NCBI GenBank assembly: GCA_951406725.2
Contig: OX597833.1
Coordinates: 37,634,001 to 37,698,000 of the forward strand
Origin: Octopus vulgaris
Taxonomy: Eukaryota
Length of the DNA stretch: 64,000 bases
Direction: 5' to 3'
The notes beneath the pieces were generated by a model that ran no database searches, had not been told where the DNA came from, and worked only from the letters and a program-made list of their open reading frames with translations. Made by a program: the position numbers and the translations under genes. Shown here one piece after another: positions 52,409 through 64,000 of this stretch. Position 1 is the stretch's first letter; the number at the start of each line of letters is the position of its first letter.

Positions 52409-53231
52409 CCCTTTCGTTACTATATTTCTGACCAAAATACACCCCTTATGTGTTTCAATTAATTTCTAACGTAATCATAAATTTAGTCTGGTTTCATTAA
52501 ACAACTATAACTTTTTTATTTATGAATATATTAATCTGATTTTTGGAAGATAATTTAGTGAAATGTTCTCAACCAATTCTATACTATAATTTTTGTCACA
52601 AAGTGACTCTAATTGCAGGTAGATACAGGTAAATTGAACAATATATAAAATTATTAAAATTTTGTTCAAACATCGCTATAGAAAATGGGTTATTAGCTAA
52701 TATTCAATTGGGTATACAACAAAATTTTACGATAGAATTTGTTATTCTGGGTAACTTTCTAATACCCATAATAATATTTATGGCAAAATAGGCCTTAATT
52801 TCATTTAAGGTTGTGGGAAATAACAAACTATCGTTTCTTTCGCTTTGTTTAGGTTGAGATCAAATACCACATGCTTTTTTTTTTCAGTCATAGAGTTAGA
52901 TTTATGAAGGTCTTCAGTAGAAAATCCTTCGAATTCTGACTTGCTGCTTGATATAATGAAATTCGTATCCATTTTTTGTCAGAATTACAAATTTTGAAAA
53001 CACAATAGGAACAAATTTCGGGAAAAAATCTCCCATAATTCACGGAATTAAAATTACACTTCGATTTTTGTACAAAACTGTAGTTGAACTGTTTACGAAG
53101 TATAATACGTGTTTTCACGAATGTTCTAAAGAGATTTACTCTGATATTCTCATTTAAATATGAATAGGTAAATTCGGGCGGCTTGGTCACATTAACCAAA
53201 ATTTTTTTCGGCCGGTTTGGTAACGAAAGGG
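52409..53231. mobile_element. Non-autonomous piggyBac-like element
   Basis: TTAA|CCCTTTCGTTAC...GTAACGAAAGGG|TTAA. A related end is at about 45810. Confidence 0.88.
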
Positions 53232-54522
53232 TTAAACGGATGCATACATTTATTAATAACTATATATAAGTGTCGTCTGTTTATACATAAACACTGTTTC
53301 ATACTGCAATTATATATACATATATCTATATATAATATTATATAATAAAATATATACAGAGTAAAATAAAAACCAATTTACCTTTTCTGTATTGTTATTC
53401 GACCGTCCGTGTGTCTTTGCAAATGTGTTGGAATGATAAGTGAGTTGTGTTTTGGCGCCTTTTTTTACTAATAACAAACATACACGTGTTTGTATGTAGT
53501 TGTTTGAAACGTTTGTGTTTGCCACTCTCATATATGTATGTGTATGCGTGTGTGTGAGGAATGACACACACACACTCACGCACGCACACATGTACATCAA
53601 TGCTTTTATGAGCGTCATAGAGAGAAACAAATATTACATCGCCATCGCCATAGCCATTGCCATCGCCATAGCCATCGCCATAGCCATCGCTGTCGCATTC
53701 TATTTTCTACCTGTCAACACACAGTGAATTAGTTTCAGTTTATTCATTGCACACTGTGTGTGTGCGTTTGCGTGTGCTGTAAACCAGACTAAGAAAAGCA
53801 TTTGACACACACACCAGAATGTGAGTTTTCTGTAAATTTTGCTTAATTGGAGTTTAAATTTTAAAAACTGGACCTGGCATGACGCGATGCATTGTACTCT
53901 TAAAAATGCTAGGTAAATTGTAATTGAAGAAATCCTATATTGTAGATTTGTATAACTCCCAAAGGGAGGCAGATAAAATCTGCCTTTTATGATAAGAGAT
54001 ATATATATATATACATATATACGACAGGCTTCTTTCAGTTTCCGTCTACCAAATCCACTCACAAGGCTTTGGTCGGCCTGAGGCTATAGTAGAAGACACC
54101 TGCCCAAGGTGCCACACAGTGGGACTGAACCCGGAACCATGTGGTTGGTAAACAAGCTACTTACCACACAGCCACTCTTGTGTATTTGTGTGAGTTGTGT
54201 ATTAGTATGCATCTACATGTGTTAGAAAAAAGGAATAGTTTTGAGTTTTAAAGTAAAACAACTGCCAAGTATTTTAAAACCAAAGGGAGTCCATGTATAT
54301 ATATAGTTGAAATTTACAGTAAAACAAAAGATGAAGACAGGTGTATGAACAACAAGTAGGTGTATTAGTTTGACGCTTGGGAAAGTGATAAAGTCTTTTA
54401 TGTTTCAAACCTACAATCTTCATTTGAAAGGAATAAGAGAAAATAAACAGAGAGAATAAAAAAAACTTGTGGATTTAGCAGTCAAGTATATATATGAGTG
54501 TGTGTGTGTGTGTGTACACACA

Positions 54523-54900
54523 CAGTGTGGAGTGAATAAATTGTAGTCTAAATTATGCAAATATGAAAATTACACTGACATCTCATTTTAACAGATATAT
54601 TTACAAAATTTACATAAAAATATCTTGAAATACTAAAGAGTAAATTTATTCAATAAAATCGCCATTGACTTCAATCATGGCCTACAGACGACTTTGGAAT
54701 CTCCTGCAACTCTTCTGGACAGTCTCCTTGTTTAAGTTGGTGAATACTACCATAATCCTTGCCTTCAGTTCATCTTTGGTGTTACAAGGAGTTTTGGTGG
54801 TCCCTTGCTCAACTGTACTCCACACATAATAATCAAGGGGGTTCACCACTAGAAAAAAATCCCATTTTCCGTAGTGGTGTCGTATGAAATTGTCACCCAT
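54523..54900 (-). mobile_element. Tc1/mariner 3' fragment
   Basis: ORF 54682-54900 (NPLDYYVWS...LKARI...CRRFQSRL) is a Tc1/mariner transposase C-terminus. Confidence 0.75.
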
Positions 54901-55144
54901 AATTATAACCCTAGTATCGATCTATTGCATTTCAATCTAAGCATGAAATGCTTAGAAGTATTTCACCTATCACTATATTTTGAGTTCAAATTCCACCAAG
55001 GTCAACTTTGCCTTTCATCTTTTCGGAGGTCTATGAAATAAATACCAGTTACACACTTGGGTTGACATAATTGACTATCCTCCTCTCCCAAATTTCAGAC
55101 CTTGAGCCAATAGTAGAAAAGATTATTGTTGTTGTTGTTATTAT

Positions 55145-56896
55145 TATCTTTTTTTTTCTTCTTCTTCTTTCAAATTTGCTTCCATTTCTTGCCGAGTGTC
55201 TTCCCGTCTCCTAGGGCAAAGAAACTCATAGTATACATTGGTATGCCATTAAACTAAACTCACTAGTTCGTTCATTTTTTTTTTTAATTAAAATACATGG
55301 GTAGTAATAGTTCTCACGTCGACAATGCTCTTCTCAATATGTGTGATGTACCAGTTAAGACAATCTTTTGCACTTCTTGCAGGGATGGTAAGCCAGGGAT
55401 CATTCTCATATAATTTTCAGTTCCCTTCTTGATCATTCCTAGTGCTCCTATGATCACTGGTATTGTAACCGCCTTGAGATGCCACATTTTCTCAATTTCA
55501 ATGAGCAGGTCTTTATATTTTCTGAGCTTGTCAAACTCTTTCGCCGAGATATTATGATCACAGGGGATGCTCATGTCGATCAATAAGCAAACTTTATTGT
55601 TTTGGTCTTTCACAACAATATCCGGTTTATTGGCTTTGATGGTTCGGTCTGTATGTACTGGAAAGTCCCACAGAATCGTTACATTTTCTCCTTCAGTTAC
55701 AGCTTCAGGGTGGTGATTATACCACTTGTCGGCAGTTTTGATATTGTAAGGCCGACTTATTAGCCAGTGTAGATATTGGCCAACTCTGTCATGTCTTAAT
55801 TTATACTCCACTGGTGCTAAGACTTTACATCCAGAGATTAGGTGGTCCACTGTTTCAGTCATGTCATTGCAGAATCGACATTTTGGGTCTGCTCCATTTC
55901 TCATCACATTGGCCTGGTAGTTCCGGGTTAATAGGCTTTGATCTTGAGCAGCCAGGATGAAACCTTTGCTCTCTGCTTTTAACCCTGAGCTCCGTAGCCA
56001 CTGATGGGTTTGCTTCTGGTCAACATCAGCTTGTTTGCTACGGGCCACATATTTGCCATGCAGAGGTTTCTCCTCCCACCTATCAGCCAATTGCTCATGT
56101 GCTTTTTTCGTTGCCACTATTTTCACCTTCTTTGCAACAATAGTTGCCGTACTTCCCTCAGGTTGTTCAGTTTGGGTATCCTGCACGAGATCAATAGCAA
56201 ATTTTTTGCTTTCCTTTATGATAGAATGAAGCTTCTTTCGTCTCTCGTGATTTTCCATGAGCTTTAGCATCCAGTCATTCGTTATTTCAAGATATTTGGC
56301 CAATCCAATTGTGATTGTTTTGTAAGCTAGTTCAAATTGGATCAGGCCTCGACCTCCTTGGACTCTGGGAAGGTAAAGGTGATCTACGTCTGCCTTTGGG
56401 TGGTGCATCCTATTACAACTCAGCAGCTTGCGTATTTTCCTATCTATATTCTTTACTTCACTCATATTCCAGTTCAACACATTGTAGCTATAAGTAACAA
56501 CTGGAACTGCTAAGGAATTTATAGCTAACACCTTGTTACGTGCATTTAGTTCAGATTTCAGGACTGCACAAACTCTTCTATAACATTCCTTCTTGATCTT
56601 CTCTTTCATGCTTGCATGCTGAATACCAGAGCCTTCATTTATCCCTAAATATTTGTATGTTTGTTCTTGCTCAAGCTCTCTTATGACTGTGTCAACATCT
56701 AACACGACTGAATTTGTGGTCTTCACTTTCCCTTTCTGGAAAGTGGCCTTGGCACACTTCTCAAGTCCAAACTCCATCCCAATGTCATCACTGAATGCTT
56801 TCACAGTGCGCAATAGGCCTTCAAGTTCATTATCGTCTTTACCATAGAGTTTTAAGTCATCCATATAAAATAGATGGCTTATTTTTTTATTGGCAA

Positions 56897-56898
<2 letters not shown>
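55145..56898 (-). mobile_element. 5'-truncated R4/Dong-clade non-LTR retrotransposon in a (TAA)n tract
   Basis: ORF 55314-56996 has RT C-terminal YMDDLKLY, a CCHC knuckle (CRFC...HLISGC), RHD and a restriction-like endonuclease (KPDIVV..D...LID). Both ends border TAA-type repeats. Confidence 0.92.
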
Positions 56899-56928
<30 letters not shown>

Positions 56929-57151
56929 GCAGAATCATTAGCATGCCAGGCAAAATGCACATCAGCATTTTGTCTGTCTGCACATTCTGGGCTCAAATTC
57001 TACCGAGGTTGACTTTGCCTTTCATCCTTTCAAGGGTTGATAAATTAAGTACCAGCTAAACACTGGGGTCAATGTAATCAACTAGGACCCTCCCTCAAAA
57101 TTCCTGGTCTTGTGCCAAATTATGAAGCCTTTATTATTATTATCATCATCG

Positions 57152-57188
<37 letters not shown>

Positions 57189-58730
57189 GGTGAAGAACTG
57201 AAAGAATTACTAGCACACTGAACAAAACAATTTGTAGCATTTCTTCCAGCTTTATGTTCTGAGTTCAACTTATGTCTAGATTTCCTCTTTATCAGGTAAG
57301 TAGTCCACAAAGAGCTTCTCACATGAAAGACTGAATTTGTAATGGAAAGGGAACTGTCTCTAGTGCAATTCTTTTTTGTCACAAAGATCCACATTGGTTA
57401 ATTATCTATCATTGTCTTAAGTGAAGTGACAAGCAATGAAATATTGTCAGTATTCTAATAGTTTATATTAGAATTGAAGTTATCTATGTCCAGTCCATTA
57501 CAGCATGGAGGACAGACATTAAAAAATGATGATATGTATATATTATCATCATCAGCAGCAAAAACTGAGTTCTAGAAGTGCTGTATATCCCAGCCACACA
57601 CAAGAACACTTCTCATACTCTCTTCTCTTCCTCACATTTCCTCTTCATGCAATATGCTTACCTCCCACTCCCCAATCCTATCCTCTTGGTCCTGTGCCAC
57701 TGTATCATTGCTCCCCACTAGCCCCCTCCCAACCTGTGTGTTCTACCCGCATGCCCTGTCTCAAGCTGGCAGACACGTTAGCGCGCTGGGCGAAATGCTT
57801 AGCGGTATTTCGTCTGTCATTATGTTCTGAGTTCAAATTCCGCCGAGGTCGACTTTGCCTTTCATCCTTTCAGGGTCGATAAATAAAGTACCAGTTTCGC
57901 ACTGGGGTCGATGTAATCGACTTAATCCCTTTGTCTGTCCTTGTTTGTCCCCTCTATGTTTAGCTCTTTATGGGCAATAAAAAAATATATATCATTGCTG
58001 TCTGCTAGCTCCTTCCCGACCTGTGTATTCTACCCACATGCCCTGTCCCACTATATCATTGCTATCGGCTAGCCCCAACCTGTGTGTTCCACCCTCATGT
58101 AACAAGAAAACCTTTCACACACCCAACCTCAATACACCAATCTACTCCTCCACGTCTCTTCCTCCTTCATACACTATGCCCAGCTCTCACTCCCCAATCC
58201 TGTCCTCATGACTTTGTTCCTCTGAATCATTGCGGCAGCCTCCTTGACTATATATATTCAGGTTTTCACCACTCACTCCCCCCGCCCTCTGCACTCTTTA
58301 ATTGTGCTTCTTTTGCAATATCCTGTCACTTATATTATTACCTTCGAACTCCAAGGGTATGCCCTAGCACTTGCCACCATCCATATCTCTCTCTTCCTTT
58401 ACTCAACCATCCCATTTATATTCAGATCCCTGTCCCTTGTAAGCACTTTGCCACCATCTCTATCCTGCTGACTCCCACTTTCTCTCCCCATCTCTTGCAC
58501 TTCCCTCAGATTGGGTAACCATGTCACTAGCATAGCTAGAGTGTGTGCTGCCCAGGGTGGCCCTTCCGTTTGCACCCATGGACCCCACAAAATATACATT
58601 TGCCAACAACAGACCCAAAAGTGGTGCCCCTTTAAAAGTGCTGCCTGGGGCGGACTGCCCCTTCTGCACCCACATCCACTTCCACTAGTGAAACCTGTAT
58701 TTTCTTTGTGGCAGTGCACCTATTTCTGTC

Positions 58731-58761
<31 letters not shown>

Positions 58762-59124
58762 CAGCCAGGTAATCTTGTACTTCCTCTACAACATGACACC
58801 TGTTTCTGTCTCTCTCTCTCACTATAACTTATCATCAACCAATACAAGATCACCTCCTCCAATGCCACTTCCTCTCTCAAAAGAGATTTTTTTTTTGTCT
58901 TGCAAATACTTAGTGACCCTGTTAGTGCAGGTGCTACTTAAAAGCACCCAGTCTACACTGTAAAGTGGTTGACATTTGGAAGGGCATCCAGCTGTAAAAA
59001 CCTTGCCAAAACTGACATCGCCTGTGTTTGTGCCTTGTAAAAAGCACTAAGTCCACTCAGCTGAGTGGTTGGTGATAGGAAGGGCATCCAGCTGTAAAAC
59101 TCCTACCAAAACAGTTACAGAAGT

Positions 59125-59830
59125 CTAGAATGCCCATTATCGGAGTAATGGGCATTCAAAAAAGTATGTATGTATAGAAATGTACAAATGAAGTCTTTAA
59201 TGTTTAAGATTCAAATTAAAGAAGTACAATAATAAATTTTAGCAGTTCAAAACTGTGAGTAGTGAAATGCAGAATTAGGTCGTCTGATTGTGAGAATCAA
59301 ATATTGATCACTTCGCTAAAATCTGCAGGTGGTATGGGTTATTTCCCTTGGGTTGTTTAAATAAAATATTAGTAATATGTAGTAGATAGAAGGATCCATT
59401 GGAAGGGCACTAGTATCGATTTTCAACAATCTAAGTATGTCTCGAGGTTTCCAGACATGAGTTCTACTCATGTGTCAAATAAAGTAAAAAAAGTGATACT
59501 GTCTGCAAAAATTAGAAATTGGACACAAAAAATCAATATTCAAAACATAAACAATGAAAGGAGTTATTTCCCTTGAGTGTTTAAAAAATATTGTTCAGGT
59601 GCTATGGGTTATTTCCCTTCAGCATTTTGAAAAAATAGTTATATGAGGCAGATATAAAGGTCCCTTCCAGGGGCTGTATTATTGATTTTTTTCAACAATC
59701 TAAGTATGTCAAGAGGTTTCCAAACATGAGTTCTACTCATGTGTCAAGTTTCATCAAAATAAATAAAACGATGTATGAGTTAGATAACAATGCCACAAAC
59801 AAACACACACTGATTTTCCACATATGTAGT
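59125..59830 (-). mobile_element. Helitron-like element with an internal ~270-bp direct duplication
   Basis: CTAG plus the GAATGCCCATTA/TAATGGGCATTC hairpin at 59125-59157. 59330-59480 is repeated at 59600-59750. Confidence 0.55.
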
Positions 59831-59832
59831 AG

Positions 59833-59870
<38 letters not shown>

Positions 59871-60122
59871 ATATGTATGTGGGTGTATATATATATATAT
59901 ATATATCCACAAACAACAATAGACTGATTGTAGTTCAAAACAGCTGTTTCAGATATGTCTTTTATTGATGAACAAAAGTGTTACATCACCGACCTGACCT
60001 TGGTACTTTACTATTTAAGTACCTGATTCTCTTGAATCCTGCAAATTTATATATACATACATACAGTTTACAGAAAGAAGAAGTAAGAAAGAGAAGAAGT
60101 AATATTATCCAATATTATTTAC

Positions 60123-60315
60123 CTTTGATTGTTTTCTTTTCACAAGCAGCACAACCATCAGAAATCATGTGGAAATCATTCTTGTCAATCACACTCTGCA
60201 GACATCTGTTGATGATTTGGGGGAAACTCTGCTGAGAGAGCATCATGTACTTCTCTCGAATAGTAAGCGCCTTGACTAAGTTCTTGGAAGCTTCTTCGAG
60301 GTCTTTCAGTGGGAT
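60123..60315 (-). CDS. AMPD2: AMP deaminase 2-like exon (IPLKDLEEASKNLVKALTIREKYMMLSQQSFP...KKTIK)
   Basis: Manual translation matches the AMPD 'ALxIREKY...S.QSF' motif. ttag acceptor, gtaaat donor, 193 nt, ends phase 1. Confidence 0.92.
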
Positions 60316-60555
60316 CTAACATGGGAAACAGATAAAGGAAAAGAGAGTGAAATTCAAATCATTAAATGCTAAATTGATTTAAAACATAAGGATTTCTCAC
60401 ATTGGTACAAGGAATTGCACATATTTATAAACGGCAATGTGTGTGTGTGTGGCCGGGGAGGGGGTATTGAATTATCACCAAAACATAGTTGGTACTTATT
60501 TTATGAATCTCAAAGGGTGTCACTGTTGTCATCACCATTATCACAGTTGTTGTCG

Positions 60556-60586
<31 letters not shown>

Positions 60587-61119
60587 GTAGTTGTTCAAGC
60601 TAACAAGGGATCCCTCGTGATCACTCAAACTGTTTGAAATAACAGCCAAAATTCTCCTCAAATCACAGTATACCATTGTAAAAAAAAAATAAAAAGAGAA
60701 GAATACATTGAATGATGTAATCTTAGATATACAATGTGTGAAAGCAAACCCTAACTAAAATGCCTTTGATCATTTGCCTGGGGCTGAACAAAGACAAACT
60801 CATGAAATTGCAAATTCTCAGCAAATAGAATCTGACTTCAAATCCAAGGTGTAACAGATTGTGTTATTGTTCTGATATCATCTTATAACTACAGTTTGTA
60901 TGGAATGACTACACATTGTATAGAAAATAACTATGCATTGTATGAAATGATACCACAGTATATGAAATGGTTAGACATTATATTTACACATTGTACCAAC
61001 TTGCTACACAGTGTAGAAAATGATTACAGGGTTGTAGGAGATGACTGCACATTGTATGAAATGAAATCACAGAGTAAGAAATTATCATATATTGGAAATA
61101 TCTACAATTTGCTTGAAAT

Positions 61120-61552
61120 TTAACCCTTTAGCATTTTGTCAAATGTATTGCTTATTTATTCACATTATTTTGAATTAATCACACATTATCTTGTAGCTTT
61201 GAGATTTCAATGGTAATTTCTGTATATTTCTAGAATGACGTTATACGATAGGTGTGAGAGGTTAGATGTGGTAAGTTTTAGCATAAAACAGGTAGAACGT
61301 TTGGGCCGGATACAGTTGGATTAAATACTTAAGCATTCAGATTACTCTGTCAATTGTAATGCTTATTTTATCACATTGTTTGGAATTAATCATGCATTAT
61401 CTCATAACTTCAAGATTTCAATGAATGTGCTTGTTTATTTTTAGAATGATATTGTAGGGTAAGTGTGAGAGGCCAGATCTGGCCAGTTTGATCGTAAAAC
61501 ATGAACAAAATATTTAGGTTGGATGTAGCCAGTTTAAATGCTAAATGGTTAA
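61120..61552. mobile_element. piggyBac-like MITE (internally duplicated)
   Basis: TTAACCCTTTAGCATT...AATGCTAAATGGTTAA with two tandem internal units. Confidence 0.7.
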
Positions 61553-61882
61553 ATGAATGTTAAGAAAACTATTTTTGGCAATTAGAAACTCTGATAAGAT
61601 CTATAAAGTGCCCATTTAACACCAACAAATGTCACAAATCTATTTCATTGAAAAACCATGGATTCATATATATGAACTGATTATATAAAATAATTCCAAA
61701 TTCTAAATATAAGAATTTGTTGGGAATTAAACTCTCAGTTCTTTCAACTAGAAATGCTGACTGGATACTTTGTTTAAATGATTACTAACACGGCACAGAT
61801 CAACCCAAACAAGTCTGATGTGCAGAGTGCACACAATAACAACAATAACAAGAAAGGGCATTTATAGAGTTTATAGACTTAC

Positions 61883-62063
61883 ACCACTGAAATGTTTTCC
61901 TTGAACTCCACATTTGTTGACTATGGAGATTCTTTCAAACATTGGAGACAGATCAATGTCAGGGGTAGATTTAGTCTCGTCAATATCTGGAACACTCTCT
62001 GCTCTTTTCCAACAGCGATTTGCTTCATCTTCAGGTTCATTATAGTGCATCCAAGGACTGGAA
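61883..62063 (-). CDS. AMPD2: AMP deaminase 2-like, coding exon (SPWMHYNEPE...FERISIVNKCGVQGKHFSG)
   Basis: Polypyrimidine tract + tctag acceptor, gtaagt donor in phase 0. FERISI...SG resembles the AMPD2 segment that precedes 'VPFTDL'. Joins in frame to the next exon. An alternative acceptor at 62057 is possible. Confidence 0.75.
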
Positions 62064-62596
62064 CTAGACAAAGAATAAGAGAAGGTTTAAAAATATATAG
62101 ATTTTTTTTCATTTGAAACAAACTTTAAAATAGTGAGCCACTGTGGTAGCTTCTATCAGCTAGAAATAGTGACCAAAACTCCTTCAAATCACACCATACT
62201 GTCTTAAAGATAAAAGCTATATTGGATAGCTTAGATTTGGATATACTCTGACTGAAAAGGATAAAAAAACAAGATAATCACATCTGGAATGCCTTTAGTC
62301 ATAGCTTTAGTTAATCAGGACTAACCTTGACTAAACAACAAGTTTGAAAGATAATGTTAAAATACACCCAGGTCTGAAAATTATAAAGCAAAGTGAACTA
62401 TGCCATTTAGGTGCATAAAAACATAAAAAAGGGATGAACTTCAGTCAGTCTCATTCTCTTTGATCCTAAATAACAAACTAAGATTAGTAGTTCAAGGGGT
62501 TTTAATTTCAGTGTTTTTCAAGGTCTCTGGGACAGGTTGAAGGCAGTGAAGAAGTTACCTTCAAACCTGAGACCTGGCACAAATGCTTATAATAAA

Positions 62597-63028
62597 CTAG
62601 CAGCATAGCCCGGCGTTGCCCGGGTATGTAAGAGCCCCTAGTAGGCAACGATTAATCTCAATCTAGTCCTTTCCCTCTAGGGAACGAAGGCGCATGTGTA
62701 GGTTGCAATGTCTTCTCTTCACTCGAATACTTCTGTGTATACAATGTTCCTAGCTGTCCCTTTGGGCGATAAAAAGGTCGAGTTGTGTCACCTAGACAGA
62801 AAATGTGTTGCATATAAAAAGCTTAGATTCTCGACCCCATGTCGAATTTATTGATTTTTTTCAGAACTGGGGGAACTTTTCAAAATTTTCGCTGCGTTAG
62901 TTTTGAAATATGACATTGGGCTATGTGTGTGTCAAGTTTCATCAGAATCGGTTGAAAGCCGTGGTCAGGGTGAGGGTACAACCTGACAGACACACAGACA
63001 GACAAACTGCCGTTTATATAGAGAGAGA
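62597..63028 (-). mobile_element. Non-autonomous Helitron (related family)
   Basis: 3' hairpin CCCGGGCAACGCCGGG + CTAG, and a 5' TCTC...TATAAAC end on the minus strand. Confidence 0.8.
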
Positions 63029-64000
63029 TAAGGTGAATTCTACTAAAAACCCAAAAACTGAGTGGTGGTATTAAACTGGATGATGGATGAAGTCTATTAC
63101 CTAACAACAAGAACAATCTTTCCAACAAGTTTAAGCACAATGTCTGTCTATCAAATTTTACTCACAAGCTTTTGCTCATTTCTAGACTAGGGATTGAACA
63201 TTCAGCCTTGCCTGTACCTATATGTATGTATATGTATGCATGTAACTAAGGCAGTAAGCTGGCAGAATCATTAGCACATCGGATGATGTGCTTAACAGCA
63301 TTTCTTCTCTTTGCATTCTGGGTTCAAATCTCATCCAAGGCCAACTTTACTTTCATCCTTTTAGGATCAAATAAAGTAACTACCAGTTAAGCACAGGGAT
63401 TTATTTAATTGACTTACCACTTGCCTAAAATTACCGGCCTAGTGCCAAAATTTTAAATCATGTGTATATACATGTACACCTGTATTTTATTTGTTTGAAC
63501 GTATCTCTTTCATTGCTCTCTCTGGAAATATAAAATTAGATACATGAGTATCATATATGCAAGTATTCTGCATATATGGGATTTTGTAAATAAGTGTATA
63601 GACATGTAAAGTGTTTAACTGTAAATGCTTGTTTCTAAATATACTGTTATTCACAGTGATGCATATAATTGTATGTATGATTGTGTGTGTGTGTGTGTTT
63701 ATGTTATATTTATGCATTAAGTCTTAATACCAAGCATATATGTGTACTTTTACATGTATATTCATGTATTTGCATGTGTATGTGTGTGTTTATTAAGTAT
63801 GATTTATCAGGTGAGTGGAAGTATATGTGCATGTCCACGAACATATGTATGTGTGCAAGTACATGTGTGTGCATATGTACATGCATATATATGTGCATAT
63901 GTACATGCATAAATATATGCACACATACATACATATAAACACACATGCACACACACACACAATCATAACAGCAATAAAAGCCTGCTAGCATTGCCTTGAA

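Noticed and set aside
54300-54480. Possible further Penelope/hammerhead remnant (also at about 8765-8830)
   Set aside because: Core and stems are too degenerate to support a call.

Overview
This is AT-rich, microsatellite- and SINE-dense eukaryotic DNA, most likely from a coleoid cephalopod (Octopus-type SINEs; this is an inference from repeat content). The window lies inside one minus-strand gene, an AMP deaminase (AMPD2-like). I traced 11 coding exons from 62063 down to 9681 with GT-AG boundaries and a continuous frame, including the HIH, HCGEAG and STDDP motifs. The first and last exons were not found and probably lie outside the window. The introns hold tRNA-derived SINEs (three families), 5'-truncated CR1-type and R4/Dong LINEs, a pogo element, mariner/Tc1 remnants, piggyBac-like MITEs, non-autonomous Helitrons and Penelope-like remnants. 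Four things stand out. (1) A Merlin (IS1595-like) transposon built from two right ends, with 820-bp indel-free inverted arms that include antisense transposase sequence, a Mu-killer-like architecture. (2) Three ~2-kb composite Helitron units with the same ends but different cargo; two are fused head-to-tail and split one SINE. (3) Several hammerhead-like motifs, two with non-canonical cores, mostly inside fold-back repeats. (4) Many local inverted duplications and hairpins that would make dsRNA in the AMPD pre-mRNA. All coordinates and identities were read by eye.
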